This document shows, in pieces, positions 52,660 through 63,656 of a stretch of 64,000 nt of DNA. Within the stretch, counting starts at the first letter, position 1. Each line of letters starts with the position of its first letter. The position numbers and the translations under genes were made by a program. This DNA comes from an uncultured bacterium. GTDB taxonomy: Bacteria > Verrucomicrobiota > Verrucomicrobiia > Limisphaerales > UBA8199. The notes beneath the pieces are model-generated. The model made no database searches. It saw only the letters and a list, made by a program, of their open reading frames with translations, and was not told the DNA's origin. The stretch covers positions 448,001-512,000 of the forward strand of contig CAVVMW010000004.1 in the NCBI GenBank assembly GCA_963749495.1. Reading direction: 5' to 3'.

Positions 52660-54446
52660 CTATTTCCCAATCTGCATCAGCAGCCAGGCGGACAGGATCA
52701 GCAGGCCGACCGCGGCCCAGGCCAGGAGAAAGCCAAAAAAGTCTTCGCGGTAGCAACGGAAGAAGCCGCGCCAGCGCGCGGCGGTAAACCAGGCGCCGAC
52801 ATCGAGCAGGAGCAACTCCTGGCCACGGTCGGCGGCCAACGGTTTGGATTGGCCGTTAGGCAGGTCTTCCCGATCGGTCGAGCGCCGCATCCGGTCGAAG
52901 AATGTCTCCAGCCGCGCGCTGTCCTCGGGTTTGGTCAGCAGGCTGACAATGATCAGGGTTGAGAAGCTCAACAGCATGGCGAATCCGAACGGCCCCGGCA
53001 GCCACTTATAGACCAGCATCCATTGGCCGGTTTGGAGATGGGCCCACCAATCGCCGGAGGCGAAGAGGCGCGCGAAGGCGAGGGAAAGATCGACCGGCCG
53101 GGCCGCGGTGCCCGGCGCGCAGGTGGTGAGGTAAAGCGCCCCATAGTAGCTCAGGAACGCGACGATGGTGGCTGCGCCGGCGCCGAAGCGATTGGCGCGC
53201 CGCCAAAGGATGCCCCCGAGGAACATTACGCCAAAGAGAGCGGCAAGGGTTTCCATGAAGAGGAAGGCCTGGAGGACGTTCCCGACCATCAACGCGAACA
53301 GGATGGCGGCGGTGGTCAGGACCAGGCCACTGAGCCGGCCGGCCCAGAGCAACTGCCGGTCGTTGGCGGAAGGGTTGCCATAGGTGAGCCAGATGTTGCG
53401 GGTGAAGAGCGCGCCGCTGTTCACCATCAGGTTCGAGCAGGCAGACATGTTGGCAGCCAACACGCACGCGACCATTAACCCCACCCACCCGGGCCCGAGC
53501 AGTTCGCGGCTGGCGTAACCGAAGGCATGCTCGGCATCGGGCAACTTCACGCCGCGCTGGAAGACGAGCGTGGCGGCGATGAGGCCGGTGAGGGCCCAGC
53601 CGATGGTGCAGACGCGTTTGGTCATCGAGCCGTAGGTCTGGCCGATGCGGCCGGCGCGCTCAGTCGAGCCGGTGGCGCACATCGAGAGCATGTGCGGCTG
53701 GGCGGTGATGCCGACAAACCCGTTAATGGCGAGCATGGCGATGGTGAAGGCGTTCATGCCGCTGACGCTGCTGTAGAGGTTAAAGAAACCTCCGGCAAGG
53801 CCTTGCGCATGCCGGCAAATCCGCCCACCTCGCGCAAGCCCAGCGGGATGAGCATGAACGACAGGATGATGATGAGAAAACTCTGGACGAAGTCCGTGTA
53901 AGCCGAGGCGATCAGTCCGCCGAAGAAACTGTAGAGGAGAAAGGCCACGGTCATGACCAGGACCACGCCGTTGGGGGAGATCATCTGTCCCCCAGTGGCG
54001 ACGGAGATGACCTTGCCGGCACCCTTGAGCATGACGCCCTGGCTGAGGACGAAAGAGGCGATTCCGAAGAGGGTGTAGGCGAAGGCGAGTTTGCGGCCAT
54101 AGCGGTCCTCGATGATCTCCGCGACGGTCGTGCGCTCGCTGCGGCGATACCACGGGGCCATCAGCCAGTAGAGGGGCGTGATGAGCATGTTCTTCCACTG
54201 AAACCAGATGGTGGCGAAGCCGTGGTCGAAGGTCGCGCCCGCCTGCGCCACCGGCTGTTCCGCGTGGGTGCCCGTGCCGAAGGCCTGGCCAACCATCACC
54301 CACCACGGCAGTTTCCGTTCGCCGAGAAAGTAGCCCCCGCTGGTGCGGGTCTTGCGCGACAGCCACAAACCGAACGATGTGATGCCGATAAAATAACCGG
54401 CCAGCACCGCCCAATCCAACGCCCCGAAACTGGTTGCGTCATGCAC
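52660..54446 (-). CDS. sodium:solute symporter family protein (frameshift at ~53785)
   Basis: LDWAVLAGYF, YFLGERKLPWW, AYTDFVQ, GLMVACVLAANMS; many TM segments. Confidence 0.9.
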
Positions 54447-54601
54447 GTTGCGTTCTCCAAGGATCCCGGAAACCAAAGTCCCACCGCCACCCAGGCCTGT
54501 TCTGCGCTGCCGCGGACTTCGGTTTTCTGCATGAACCCGGCGCCAGATTACACGTTTGCGGGGCGGAGGCAAGGAACCACGTGGTTACCTGCTCAAGGGG
54601 A

Positions 54602-54754
54602 GCGCATCTCGTCAGTACCACCATGCGAGCCATGAGGTGAGGGCGAATGCCCATCCCCCAGGAATTCAACCCTCCGGGTTGCCCGGAGCCTCCGCCGGGG
54701 CTCGGCTCCGAGCCGCTGCTTCTGGCTGGAGGTGGTGGTACTGACGAGATGCGC
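54602..54754. repeat. REP/MITE-like element with perfect 22-bp inverted arms
   Basis: gcgcatctcgtcagtaccacca (54602-54623) and tggtggtactgacgagatgcgc (54733-54754). Confidence 0.8.
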
Positions 54755-54900
54755 CCGCGGCGTAGGGATGGTGATAGGGCCAGTGCTGATGCACGTACAT
54801 TCCAACGAGCTTCTCGCGCGCCTCGCCTCCCTGCGCGGTGCTGCACACTGCCAGCATGAGCGCTGCCCCAAGCAGGCCGATCGCGCCAGTAGCCGGCATT
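54755..54900 (-). pseudogene. N-terminal fragment of a secreted protein truncated at the REP element
   Basis: MPATGAIGLLGAALMLAVCSTAQGGEAREKLVGMYVHQHWPYHHPYAA ends at the inverted repeat. Confidence 0.5.
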
Positions 54901-55029
54901 CTCCAGCAACTCTCTGTATTGCGTGATTCTCTGCTGGTCGCTCGCATTTGTCCGGGCTGGTTGAATGTGATGAACAGGGTCTCAAAAACGGCAGTTGCGG
55001 TCGAGGACAACCTTCCTCGCGGCTCTCAA

Positions 55030-56338
55030 TCACGGTGCAAAAGGGATTTCAAGGGGAATCCGCTGCTGCTGTCGCAGGCGGCTCGCCGCCTCCCCCACCA
55101 GCCGCAGATACCAGTCGGAAGGCAGCCCCTCCAAGCCGACGAAATGCCCCTGTGCCGGGGGCGAACTCGTCACCTTGAAAATGGCCGTGCCTTCGTCCAC
55201 CTCATCGAACATAGCGACATAGACGCAGTTGAACGCCCAGTTTGCTCAGTTGGTGAAACTGCTCCCAGAGAAAGCGGCCGCCCCGGCGCGGGATCAGGGT
55301 TGTGCCGGCGGGTTTGCGCTGCAGATTGTCCCAACTGAATCCGGGATAGACCACCGGCATCCAGAGCCCGCCGTTGCGCTCGAATTCTTCCTTGTCTTTC
55401 GCCCACCAACTCGTGGACGCGTGGGCCAGGCCTTTGGCGTCTCTCGTCCAGTTGCCCACGTTCCAGGGAGCGTAGGCATCGAATCGCCGGTAGAATCTCT
55501 GCCATTCCGGGTCGGGCACGCGCCGCCAATCCCAGCTCCCTCCGCCCACCAGGAAGGCCGAGTAAGGCCCAGGCGTCTTGAAGAAATCGATGAGCTTGTT
55601 CGCCAGGTCCGCGGTCATCCGATTCTGCGGATTGCTCCGGTAGAAACCCCAGATTTGCACGACCGGCTTGCCGTTCTGGCGCAGGTAGCGCGAATCCGCT
55701 GTCCATTGCTCATCAACCATTTTCTTCCAGTCGTTGATCAGCACATCGTAAATGCGCTCCGTGGGCATGGCTGCAATATCGTGTGAAAGGGCCCACACGC
55801 GCCCGGTCTTCCGGGCGGCGGCTCGGGCGTAGGCCAGCACACGCAGACGGGACGCATAGCGTTGGGGTTGCAGACCGCCCGGCAAGTCCACCAGGAAATG
55901 CTGCATCCACGCCCCGTCTATGCCGTAGTCGCGCATCCACTCGAAATGCCGTTGCACGGTGGCGGCATTGTCCGAGCTGAAAAGCTCGGCCGGACTCCCA
56001 TTTGGATGGGTAAAACCGGGCACGATAAAGCGCTCCTGGGGGCCGTACTCACTCATGTCGGGCCACATCTCGAAGCAGAGGGTTTCGGGTGCGATGCGCT
56101 TGGCGGTGTGGCTCCAATGAATCCAGCCCATGTCGGCGGCATCGCCCGGGCACCGAAACCAGCCCTGGTAACCGCACATGACCTTGCCGTGCAAGGTTGC
56201 CGCCTGCACCTCCCAAGGAACGCCCGCGGCCCTCAGGGACTGCCAGCAAGTCAGGCCACTGGCGGCCAGCAGCACCCGCAGGATCGCTCGAATGCCCGAC
56301 AGGTTCATAGATGCAGGTCCGGAGACTGGTATGTTCAT
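55030..56338 (-). CDS. GH71/GH99-like (xylosidase-like) secreted protein (frameshift at ~55228)
   Basis: GKVMCGYQGWF, HFEWMRDYGIDG, PGFSWDNL, MFDEVDEGTAIFK. Confidence 0.8.
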
Positions 56339-56723
56339 GCGCTTGAGTTGGCATTGACCCGCAATCTGGTCCCATGCGGGGGGCCACGGCACCGGTCGGA
56401 TTTGAGCTGTATCCAAGTTCCCCACCTTCGTCAATTGGTGTATAGGGACTCGCGCTGTATTTGGCACCGCGCTGTGCGGCAGGAAGCGGGGTGAGAAGTG
56501 TGCGGTTACAAAACCGCAGACCAATTACATTTCGGAGCAGTTGAAGGAAGGGTTCTCCTCGTTGCGGGAAGAAGCCCGCTCCATCCAGGGCCGCCACTCC
56601 GGGGAGATTGTCGAAAAATCACGCCAGGTGAACGTTTCCGAGCTCCTGCCCTTGGTCACGCAACAATGAGTGCAACGATGCAACCCCTGGAGCTTCGCCA
56701 GCCGCATAGCCACCGCTGATGTG

Positions 56724-57044
56724 TCAGCCAGCCAGACCGAGCCATCGCTTCATCATCGCCTCAATCACCCCAAGATGCGGTGGCGGAATCGCTCCCAGGC
56801 GCCGCAGAAACTTCGCGGCGGGAACGGCCAACATGCCCTGCACGTTGAACGCGCCTGTTTCCAGGAAACGAACGGAAAGTTGGACTTCGAACTGAGCGCC
56901 CCGTGGCTGGGTGGTGTGCGGAACGACCTGGACCAGTGCGTAATCGTGGTCGGCGTACGGGACGCTCACCACAAGCACCGGGCGCACTTTTGCCGCGAAG
57001 CCCAGATCGGCAAGCCAAACCTCGCCACGTTCAGGAGGGTCCAT
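56724..57044 (-). CDS. type II TA toxin, PemK/MazF family
   Basis: RGEVWLADLG..KVRPVLVVS..VVPHTT. Confidence 0.9.
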   Translation of the reverse strand: MDPPERGEVWLADLGFAAKVRPVLVVSVPYADHDYALVQVVPHTTQPRGAQFEVQLSVRFLETGAFNVQGMLAVPAAKFLRRLGAIPPPHLGVIEAMMKRWLGLAG

Positions 57045-57249
57045 GGCGCTTTTCTCCCTGGTCCATCAGCGCGAACGCTTCGGCCGCCACCGACGCCTGA
57101 TCTTCCTCGGTCCAGGCGCCGTAAGCGTCATCGTACAGAATGCCAACCTTTCGTGCGCGAAATTGCTCTCGCAGCGCGGCGTCCACCGCCCGCAGTTCCT
57201 CAGTTGTCAATCTGGGCAAGGCCGCCTCAATCTCGCTCACCGTGCTCAT
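57031..57249 (-). CDS. putative antitoxin
   Basis: Small ORF MSTVSEIEAAL... with acidic C-terminal half, overlapping the toxin start. Confidence 0.7.
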   Translation of the reverse strand: MSTVSEIEAALPRLTTEELRAVDAALREQFRARKVGILYDDAYGAWTEEDQASVAAEAFALMDQGEKRHGPS

Positions 57250-57366
57250 GGGGAAAGAATAATCTGCAAGGGGAGCTTCCACAAGATTGCTTTTCAACAA
57301 TCGTCCGGCAACTGTGACCTCCGCCCGCAGGGCGGGTCGCCGCTTTCTGTTCTTTTCACGGGGTTC

Positions 57367-57924
57367 TCAGTTCCGCGCCCCGATCGTGACTTTCCAAACC
57401 AGGTCGCTTACCCGCTCAAAGCGGATGGGCACGGGCAGGAAGCGCTGGATGATGGCCGCGTTGGTGGCGGAGTGAAGGGAGGGTTTGGTGGTGCGGACGC
57501 AGCCTCCGCCGGCCAGCGCCATCGGCAGCAACAGCTGGTCGGCCAGGTATTCGTCCACAGGGACTTCGGCCTTCAGCCAGGCCTCTGCGGCTTCAACCGC
57601 CTCGTTGGCGACGTCTTCGGCCCGACGGCCTCGCTCGGCGAAGCCCGTGAAAACGCCGGTCACTTGCTCGAGGGCGGTCACCGGTCCCGGGAGAAACGCC
57701 AGCGTTTGCGACTTCATCTCCGACCCCGCCACGTCCGCGCAGCCCACGATCTTGGCCGCCTCCGCCCCAGTCAAATGCTGGCGCAACAGGCGGGGCTTCT
57801 GGCGCTTGGCCCTGATATGCTCCATGCGAAATGGTCGGGCGGTCACCAGCCACAACGCCAAAGACGTGCGCAGGATCTGCCCGGCACCTTCGCCTTCTGA
57901 ACCATCGATGCAGATCATTTCCAT
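57367..57924 (-). pseudogene. rtcA: RNA 3'-terminal phosphate cyclase with large in-frame internal deletion
   Basis: IDGSEGEGAGQILRTSLAL, IRAKR..LLRQHL, DEYLADQLLLPMALA and H..TN present, but only 185 aa (family members are roughly 340 aa). Confidence 0.8.
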
Positions 57925-58051
57925 GGAGCGTCACTGTCGAGCCTCTCCCGCGAGATTCGGACGATCCAAACGGAGCCCTCCTTCATCGCTGGTTCCAGTT
58001 CACTGTGCAAGTCGAAGGCCAGGACAGGAGGCCGCAACTACTTCAGCTTGA

Positions 58052-59734
58052 CCTGAATTCCACGCCAAAAGTATACACTACATTAGTCATCTTGCTTTAG
58101 AAGTCTGGGGTTGATGGCCTTGAGAATGGCCTCCTGGCGTCTGCTGAGTGTGACCACGCGCGAGAGCTTGAACAGATGCTTTGAATCGCGCAGGTAGACT
58201 TTGTACATGGTCGCCAGCTCCAGCAAAGCACTTTCGGCAGTGAAATCCGTGGTGCGCAGGCGGTATTGGAGTAAAGACAACAGCAAGTAGGCGAGATAGC
58301 AGACAAAAACGTGAGCGTGGACTCGCTCGGCCAGCCAGTGGCGAATCGGACGTAACTGAGTGATGCCTTTGAGACTGCGGAACGCCTTTTCGACGATGTC
58401 TTTGTCGAAATAGAGCGAGAGCATTTTGTCTTGGGGCAATGAGCGAGTGCAAAAGATGCAGGAATACCCATCGAACTCCTCGACCGCAGCCAGTTTGCCT
58501 GAGAGCAGACGGCCTCGGCCATCAAAAAGGCGATCCAGTCCGGGCTTGATAGACTTGTTTTGGGCGAGAAGCTTTTGGGCGTACAGAATCTCATCGCGGC
58601 GCGACTCACGCGCATCTCGCTGCAAGCGTTCGTTAAAGCAAAGGGCCAACTGGCCGCGCACCCCGTCCAGTTGATAGGGGCGAAGGCAGGTATAGAAGAC
58701 GGTCTGACCGACCCGGTGGCGATAAGGCAATTGCATGAGTTGCTGGGGATTGGCCCACGGGCGCCAGAACTTCTTCAACGCGAGATTGAGGGGCACCCCG
58801 CACAGGGTATCCCAGTGCAAACGCTTGATATCGTTGAGGTTTCGACCGGAAACGATCCCTCGGTCGTAGATGAACAGCCCGGGGTCAAGCTGGTAACGAG
58901 CGAACAGGGTGACCAAGCCCTGCAAGGTGCGAGCGTCATGCACATTGCCGTCAAAAACCCGGTGGAAGAGGGGCAAACCTTCTTCCTGCGTCACCCCTAA
59001 ACCAATTTGAATCAGGGGCCGGCCTTTGACCTCTTCCTTGTCCTTGCCGGGCTTGGCCAGGGGACAGTGGCGGCCATAGAGATAGGTGTTGGTGACATCA
59101 TAGATCACCCCGGCCGGGCGGAGTCGGCACTGGCGGCAAACGCCCTCAAAGAGGCGCTTCTGCCACGCTTCGGCGTCCAAAGCTTCCAAACTGTCCAAGG
59201 CACCGACCAAGCGCCGCTCGGTCAACCCCTCGAGGTTCAAGAGGAAGTTCAGGTCAGTGCGCTCGAACCAAGTGGGCATGTGGTTAAGGCTCCGGTAGTC
59301 CAGGCAGTGGGCGTACACCAGGCTGAGGATTTCCCGGCCATAGGCTCCCAAGAGGTTGGGCAATTGGATTTCGGTGGCCAACTGGTGCAGCACCAAGAGT
59401 GGACCGTAAAGTTTGACCTGTTCGACCTCGACGTCCGACATGGAGGCAGAGAGGACGGTGCGACCATCGCTTTGCTTGCCGACATAGCGGATGAAACGCT
59501 GCACGACCTTGTTTCCGACCCGGCAGCTTTCCACCTCGGCGAGGTAGGTTTTGTCGCCCTTTTTGATCTTGCGTATAAAGCTCATGTAGTGAATAATATA
59601 ACCACTACGGATGAGTAGCGCAAGCATTTTCTGAAAAAAAGAAAAACGCTTGGGAACCCTGTAAAATCAGCGTAAATTGAGGGTGGAGAGTCCCTCAACA
59701 ATTTGTAGTGTATATTTTACGCGTGGAGGTTAGG
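58052..59734 (-). mobile_element. IS1634-family insertion sequence
   Basis: Imperfect TIRs cctgaattccacgccaaaagtatacactaca / cctaacctccacgcgtaaaatatacactaca enclosing a DDE transposase. Confidence 0.85.
58083..59585 (-). CDS. IS1634-family DDE transposase
   Basis: MSFIRKIKKGDKTYL, IYDVTNTY, GNVHD, IYDRG, VEKAFRSLK..LRPIRHW..RVHAHVFVCYLA. Confidence 0.92.
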   Translation of the reverse strand: MSFIRKIKKGDKTYLAEVESCRVGNKVVQRFIRYVGKQSDGRTVLSASMSDVEVEQVKLYGPLLVLHQLATEIQLPNLLGAYGREILSLVYAHCLDYRSLNHMPTWFERTDLNFLLNLEGLTERRLVGALDSLEALDAEAWQKRLFEGVCRQCRLRPAGVIYDVTNTYLYGRHCPLAKPGKDKEEVKGRPLIQIGLGVTQEEGLPLFHRVFDGNVHDARTLQGLVTLFARYQLDPGLFIYDRGIVSGRNLNDIKRLHWDTLCGVPLNLALKKFWRPWANPQQLMQLPYRHRVGQTVFYTCLRPYQLDGVRGQLALCFNERLQRDARESRRDEILYAQKLLAQNKSIKPGLDRLFDGRGRLLSGKLAAVEEFDGYSCIFCTRSLPQDKMLSLYFDKDIVEKAFRSLKGITQLRPIRHWLAERVHAHVFVCYLAYLLLSLLQYRLRTTDFTAESALLELATMYKVYLRDSKHLFKLSRVVTLSRRQEAILKAINPRLLKQDD

Positions 59735-60165
59735 TTCTGAGGGTGGATTCAGATGACCCTTTCACAGTCCGAATGGAACAGACACCACCAATCGAAGGTG
59801 GAGAGTATCGGTTCAAGTCCGGTTGGAAGTCCCTTCTGGGAAGAATCTGAACCACCTCAGAGTTGCACCCCGTCAAGAACACCCACGGGAGCGAACGCAC
59901 TTCTTCCGTAGCCTTGCCGGAAGTCGAAGACGAGGAGAAACAGGAGTCGCCCTCCTTCACGGCACTTATTAAGGTCAAGAAGCGGAGGAGGTTGAGCCCG
60001 GTTCCGCGCGGCGTGCTCCGACGTGGCGCCACGCGAAGGCGGAGTTGAACCGCCGCAGCCAGGCCTGTGAGGTCCTCGCCGGCACCGGTATTCGCGTCGC
60101 CTGAAATGGCCTGCCAAGCCGAAGCCTTGGCGAAGGCTGGTCAGAGCCACGGGTGCCGCCTCCGT

Positions 60166-60357
60166 TTAATCCTGCTCCCGAAGCAGGCGCCTCACTGTTA
60201 GACTACGCTCTGAAAACTCCCCAGCGCACTGAACGAAGTATCCGGCCAGGTGGCCGTGCGCCAGCACCTTCGACCGTGCGAGGTCCGCTTCCAGCAAGTA
60301 CCAGCGAAACTGCCGTTCCAGATCAGTGTCGAAGCGCTGTGATCGCTGAACGGTCAT
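60166..60357 (-). pseudogene. truncated ParE/RelE-like toxin
   Basis: MTVQRSQRFDTDLERQFRWYLLEA coupled (ATGA) to the antitoxin; resemblance fades and the ORF is only 63 aa. Confidence 0.55.
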
Positions 60358-60611
60358 CCCCGTGATCGCTGTCGAAAGCGATCCAACAGCTTGCGAACAT
60401 CACCCTTGCGGTGTGGGGTATGACGGCTATTTACTCCTTCGCGTATCAAAGCGGCCAGTTCCGGGGTGTCTTCATCCAGGTTCAAGCTCGGGGGTTGGCA
60501 GAATGCCCGCCGCAGGGCGTCACGCACAACCTCGCTGGCGTTATTGTAAAGCCCGCTTTTCACCTTTTCTTCGATGACCGTCTCCAGTTCATGCGTGAGC
60601 GGAACATTCAT
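60354..60611 (-). CDS. ParD-like antitoxin (CC2985/RHH family)
   Basis: MNVPLTHELE..KVKSGLYNNASEVVRDALR. Confidence 0.88.
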   Translation of the reverse strand: MNVPLTHELETVIEEKVKSGLYNNASEVVRDALRRAFCQPPSLNLDEDTPELAALIREGVNSRHTPHRKGDVRKLLDRFRQRSRG

Positions 60612-61054
60612 GTATTCAGGATAACCGGATAGCGAAGAATAGCAAGGCTTGTTACACCGAATCGCGCTGGGGGGAAGCGGAAAACGGACGCAAACGCAAA
60701 TACTATTCTCTCAAGCAGGCCGGAAGGAATGCCTTGAAGGAGCAGCGCGATCAGTGGGCCACCGTCTCGGGCGTGTTCAGGCAATTGTGGAAGGAGAAGT
60801 ATGTTTGACCTCGAACGGGCGATTCATGGCGACTGTCAAGATCGCGGGCCTTCCCCTGGCTCTCGTGCCGGTTTGGGCGCTGCTCACCGCCCTAGTGATC
60901 ATCCGGTTCGAAGCCGGGATCCTCCCGAGCATGGTTATCTGGCTGCTCTACGCCGCCGTGGCTATCAGCCTTTTGGGCCAGCGCATTGGCTTGCGCCGGG
61001 CGTCCTCGGCATTCGTGGCCGGGTTCTGGAGCACGCCATTAGCATGGTGCGCTG

Positions 61055-61531
61055 CTACTCGGCGGTCCGGTCGCCTTCAAGGGCCAGCCAGGGCATAAGC
61101 GCCTCGGGGCGGGTGTTGAAATCCATGTTCTGCACCACCCAATCTCCTTGAGAGCGATAGAGCAGGAATCTCCCGTAAACCGCACCGCGCTCGAAATTGA
61201 CTACGAGATAGAGCACTCGCGCCGACCGCCCGATCGGCTTGGTTTGCAGCACTTCGTGCGATTGGTAATTGCCGGCGTACTGGCTGACGCGCCTCAAGTA
61301 GCTGGCCAGGCTGGACACCTTGTTGTCGCCTTCCAGCAGGCCCCCCTTCTGCCACACATTGAGGACGCTATCCATCCCTCCTCCTTTGGGCAACAAAGCG
61401 AACCCGGACTCGATGGCGGGCGGAACTGGCGAGTAGGCGTCTGCCGCACGCCCCTTGAGTAACAGCAACCAACAACCGCATCCGACGCCAAGGGCCAGGA
61501 GGAATCGAACTATTACCTTGATGATGTTCAT
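61055..61531 (-). CDS. secreted hypothetical protein
   Basis: Signal-like N-terminus and clean ORF ending ..NFERGAVYGRFLLYR..DFNTRPE. Confidence 0.7.
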   Translation of the reverse strand: MNIIKVIVRFLLALGVGCGCWLLLLKGRAADAYSPVPPAIESGFALLPKGGGMDSVLNVWQKGGLLEGDNKVSSLASYLRRVSQYAGNYQSHEVLQTKPIGRSARVLYLVVNFERGAVYGRFLLYRSQGDWVVQNMDFNTRPEALMPWLALEGDRTAE

Positions 61532-61749
61532 GCCATCTTTCTTTCTTGCCGAATGTGCAAGTGCACTCGCTTTCATAGTGAGGATTATTGGCCGCAGTTT
61601 GGCCGCCGGTGCAGTTGGTGTCAAGGCAAACCAAAGAATGGCCGGTGAACTGGGCGCACACGGATACCGCTCCCGGAGCGCCGGCCTGTCAGCCGGCTTT
61701 GCGCGGAACTGGATGCCGCTCGCGCCCTATTCAACCGTTTTGCGCGCCG

Positions 61750-62869
61750 GCGGCAGACCTCTATCAAACTGAGGAAAACGCCTGGGAAGTGCCCTGTCTG
61801 GTCCTGGGCGAATTGATGTTTCCCTCTCATGGACACCTGGCGGATGTTGCAGACGATCCTTCTGCCGTGGGGCGAGGCCGCTTACCCTCAAGGAATGGAC
61901 TGGGAATTACACGGCCTGTCTTTCCTTAACCTTTTTGCCAGCCTCGGCACGCATGAGAAGGACCGGTTTGCCGCCCGCATGGAGGAGAAGAGTCTGCAAT
62001 ATATCCGCGCCTGGCAAATGATGCGCCAAGGGGACCTGGCCGTTCCTGGCTCCCGACTCGGCATCACGCGCCACTCGATCTGCGCCGAGCAGGCCGCCTA
62101 CGGCTTCCTGGCGCACAAGGTGTTCGGTCCCGCGGCCAAAGAATCGACGGCCCGTGCCGCCGCAGCCCAGGACCAGGGCGTGTGGGAGTATCGCTACTTG
62201 GACTTTATCGCCCATCGCACTGGGAAGAAGTTTGCGTCGTTTTCCTGGAAGAACAGAATTATGGGCCTGCTCATGCCGATCGGAGAAGGGCACGAGGGCA
62301 GTCCGGAGTTCACGGTTCCGATAACGAACGGATTCGTCGGCTCCTTTGAACTGAGTCCCCCTGGCAACACCGAAATGAAGGTCCTCCAACATGCCTGGAA
62401 GAAAACGCCGGATGGATTCGAAACCACCGGGACATTGCTGCTCGATGGCGGACGCTTGAAACAGACGCTGAAGATGACCTCCATCGGCGGCCAAACCGTG
62501 GTTTATGACGACCGTGTCACGGCGCTTTCGGATGTCACGGTGCGGGCGGAGAGGGGAGTGCCGGTTGGCATCGAAAACGACCAGATTACCGGAGGCACGC
62601 GGGTAGTATCCGGCCGGGAAGGCCAAACAATTTTTGACTGGCAAAAACCCCGCCAGCCCATGGACCTTCCGGGATCGTGGGCCAATGTGGACGGCAGATT
62701 GGGCATGGTCATGGTGGCGGGAGCGGGCCTGGGTTACGCGCAGGCCTCGGGGTATTCGCGAGGGATCTCCGTCTGTGCGGATTTGCTTTATGGCTCTTAT
62801 TCCGATCATCCCAAACAGTTCAAGGCGGGCGAGGAAGTGGCGCGTCGCGTCGCTGTCCTCTTTGCATAA
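61750..62869 (+). pseudogene. internal fragment of a large hypothetical (possibly polysaccharide-lyase-like) protein
   Basis: 346-aa open frame without clear start or signal; short upstream piece (EENAWEVPCL) in another frame; ends abruptly against the opposite-strand remnant. Confidence 0.5.
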
Positions 62870-63494
62870 TAAATCATGGCATCGCCGCCCTCGTAACCCC
62901 CTTCCTGGAGCACGCGCAACGATGGGATGTAGGCGAACACGTCGTTGCAGTAAGCGGCCACCCAGAGCTTCTCCGCGCCGAATTCCTTCTTGAGCCGCAG
63001 CGAATAGTCGACCACCGCCTCGCCGCCCGGGGCAACGAACGTCAAGTCCTGGCCGAATTGCCAGACCTGGATTGGGCAAGGGTATTCGGTCGGCAAGCCC
63101 TCGCCATGAAATTGATAGGTGTTGGCGATTCGAGAGCCAGCGCCTTGGCCTAGAGTTCCTGCAACGTTCCCTGCGAAACGTTGGTGCGCGCGCCGAAGCC
63201 GGTCAGCCAAAGCGGGCGGTTAGGCGTGATTGGAATCTTCGCCACGCCGGCCTTCCAGAACGGGTTGGCAACCGCAGTCGGCCCGCCGCTGCGCTGCGTT
63301 CCCTCGCGCTCAGCGGAACTGCGCTCATAGAAGCGCACGTAGTCCGCCACCAGTCTCGTCTGGCTGGTCCATTTGTTGGTGTCCAGCTTGGCGCCGTCGA
63401 ACTCGTCCGACCAGGCCAGTTGATAGCCGGGCGGTGGTGCAGCGGCCAGGTTGAGGGCGGCGACGGCGCAAATCGTCGCAACCGTTCCAAGCAT
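62866..63494 (-). pseudogene. collapsed GH16 plus neutral-ceramidase-like gene remnant
   Basis: YQLAWSDEFDG..LDTNKW joined to VADYVRFYE (GH16 ends only); WKAGVAKIPITP..LTGFGART joined to PIQVWQFG..AYCNDVFAYIPS..GGYEG. Confidence 0.7.
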
Positions 63495-63656
63495 TGAACT
63501 AAAGCTCCCGTGCGTGCCCGGATGCGTATCCACGATGCAGTGTTCATACCTCGATTGATAGTTGCTGTCGAGCTTATTGTGGCGGATGGGAATCAGCCAG
63601 GTTACAATCCGGCCACTTGCGACGCAGCTTATTGTCCGCCGCAACCCGAGAATTCG

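Noticed and set aside
5420..55230. About 15 single-base frameshifts in otherwise intact genes (e.g. 5420, 10159, 11545, 16704, 29880, 35575, 37545, 47200, 51490, 53785, 55228) as programmed frameshifting or true pseudogenes
   Set aside because: They are scattered across unrelated genes with no shared slippery motif and no accompanying stop-codon decay; long-read indel error is the simpler explanation.
59735..60160. Short ORFs right of the IS
   Set aside because: No recognisable motif; interrupted frames; cannot support a call.
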